DNA of 6,041 nucleotides from Octopus sinensis (lineage: Eukaryota), in contig NW_021829504.1 in assembly GCF_006345805.1 (NCBI RefSeq), positions 1 through 6,041 of the forward strand, in the 5' to 3' direction. The notes beneath the pieces are model-generated. The model was not told the origin of the DNA, did no database searches, and saw only the letters and a program-made list of their open reading frames with translations. Each line of letters begins with the position of its first letter. The stretch's first letter is position 1. A program made the translations under genes and the position numbers. Shown piece after piece: positions 5,383 to 6,041 of the stretch.

Positions 5383-6041
5383 TTATAACACCTCGTTGTA
5401 AACATTGTTCCTTGTTTTTCCTTGTGGAGCATATACAAAAAGGTTTCTTTTGGTTCCTACTCTTGAGCAGCGAACATACAGTTGCCCATGCGAGAAGCAG
5501 GGCTCTTCCAAGAGAAGACCAGCTACAGAGAGGGTTTGACCCTGAGATCTGTTAATGGACATGGCAAAGCTGACACGAAGGAGGAATTGCAGTCTTCTGA
5601 ATGTAAATGGAATTTCTGCTCCTGATGGAGTAAGAGGAAATCTTGGAATAAAGACATCATCACCATTTCCACATCCAGAAAGAATGATGGCCTCAATAAC
5701 GTGTGACATCATTTTCTTTATCACCAGTCATGTTCCATTGCAAAGTCTTGGTGGTTCCAGATTGCGGAGTAGCATTACAGGAGTTCCAACTTTAAGTGCT
5801 AATATACTGAGAAATTCAGGAGGATAGTTCACAACTTCATTTATATCTGGAATTGTATCAACAGGCTTGTAAGTGTGTATAGTGCCGGGAAGAGAATGCA
5901 TTAGCTGTTGATTAATTTTGTTAACAGCGACGTTTTTTGGAGCTAATATAGCTCTTTCATACAGCCAATTGTGATTTTGGTAGTTTTGTGTGAAGTGGGA
6001 AAGACTTTGTTTTTGAGGTCATCTACAGAATTAACAACGGA
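5383..6041 (-). pseudogene. Helitron RepHel protein, PIF1-family (SF1B) helicase C-terminal domain, pseudogenised
   Basis: SVVNSVDDLKNKVFP / frameshift ~5996 / FTQNYQNHNWLYERAILAPKNVAVNKIN...YPPEFLSILALKVGTPVMLLRNLEPPRLCNGT*LVIKKMMSHVIEA...IPRFPLTP...FRRLQFLLRVSFAMSINRSQGQTL...FSHGQLYVRCSRV...NNVYNEVL*. Motifs V and VI are recognisable. Lesions: premature TGA at 5730-5728 (expected Arg), and an apparent in-frame loss of the usual NSLxPxGxPPH segment near 5807. Confidence 0.93.

Larger units (their letters stand above)
5063..6041 (-). mobile_element. Helitron (canonical Helitron1-type), 3' portion; continues beyond the right edge
   Basis: RepHel helicase C-terminus on minus (6041-5383), 3' UTR interrupted by a SINE, then GC-rich hairpin ACCGGGC-AAC-GCTGGGT (5090-5074), 7-nt spacer and terminal CTAA followed by T (5066-5063|5062). 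This fits the hairpin + CTRR|T rule. Confidence 0.85.

Noticed and set aside
5383-5724. Functional host PIF1 gene
   Set aside because: Intronless, with stop, frameshift and deletion upstream, Helitron-type sequence context (LCNGTRL, IPRxPL, NxVYxEVL end) and a Helitron terminus downstream.
5334-5827. Plus-strand ORFs 5334-5555 and 5555-5827
   Set aside because: Antisense shadows of the Helitron helicase.

Overview
AT-rich, repeat-saturated eukaryotic (animal) DNA. No prokaryotic genes, CRISPR arrays or RNA genes are supported. From memory the SINE families look cephalopod (octopus-like), which needs a database check. Left to right: (1) a decayed non-LTR retrotransposon ORF1 fragment with a CCHC zinc knuckle (minus); (2) three minus-strand copies of one tRNA-derived SINE family, with a HINE/Helentron-like non-autonomous element carrying a 2 x ~265 bp internal tandem repeat between the first two; (3) a perfect 16-bp hairpin; (4) a young composite tRNA/CORE-like SINE; (5) a fourth, inverted copy of the first SINE family; (6) a SINE-like piece fused to an internal RTE-type reverse transcriptase fragment; (7) one candidate host exon; (8) the 3' part of a Helitron (minus), with a pseudogenised PIF1-type helicase C-terminus, a recognisable hairpin+CTRR terminus and a nested SINE. 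I found no convincing new biological system. The best leads are the HINE-like element with terminus-like motifs inside its repeat array, the candidate exon, and CpG decay among SINE copies suggesting methylated (possibly intronic) DNA.
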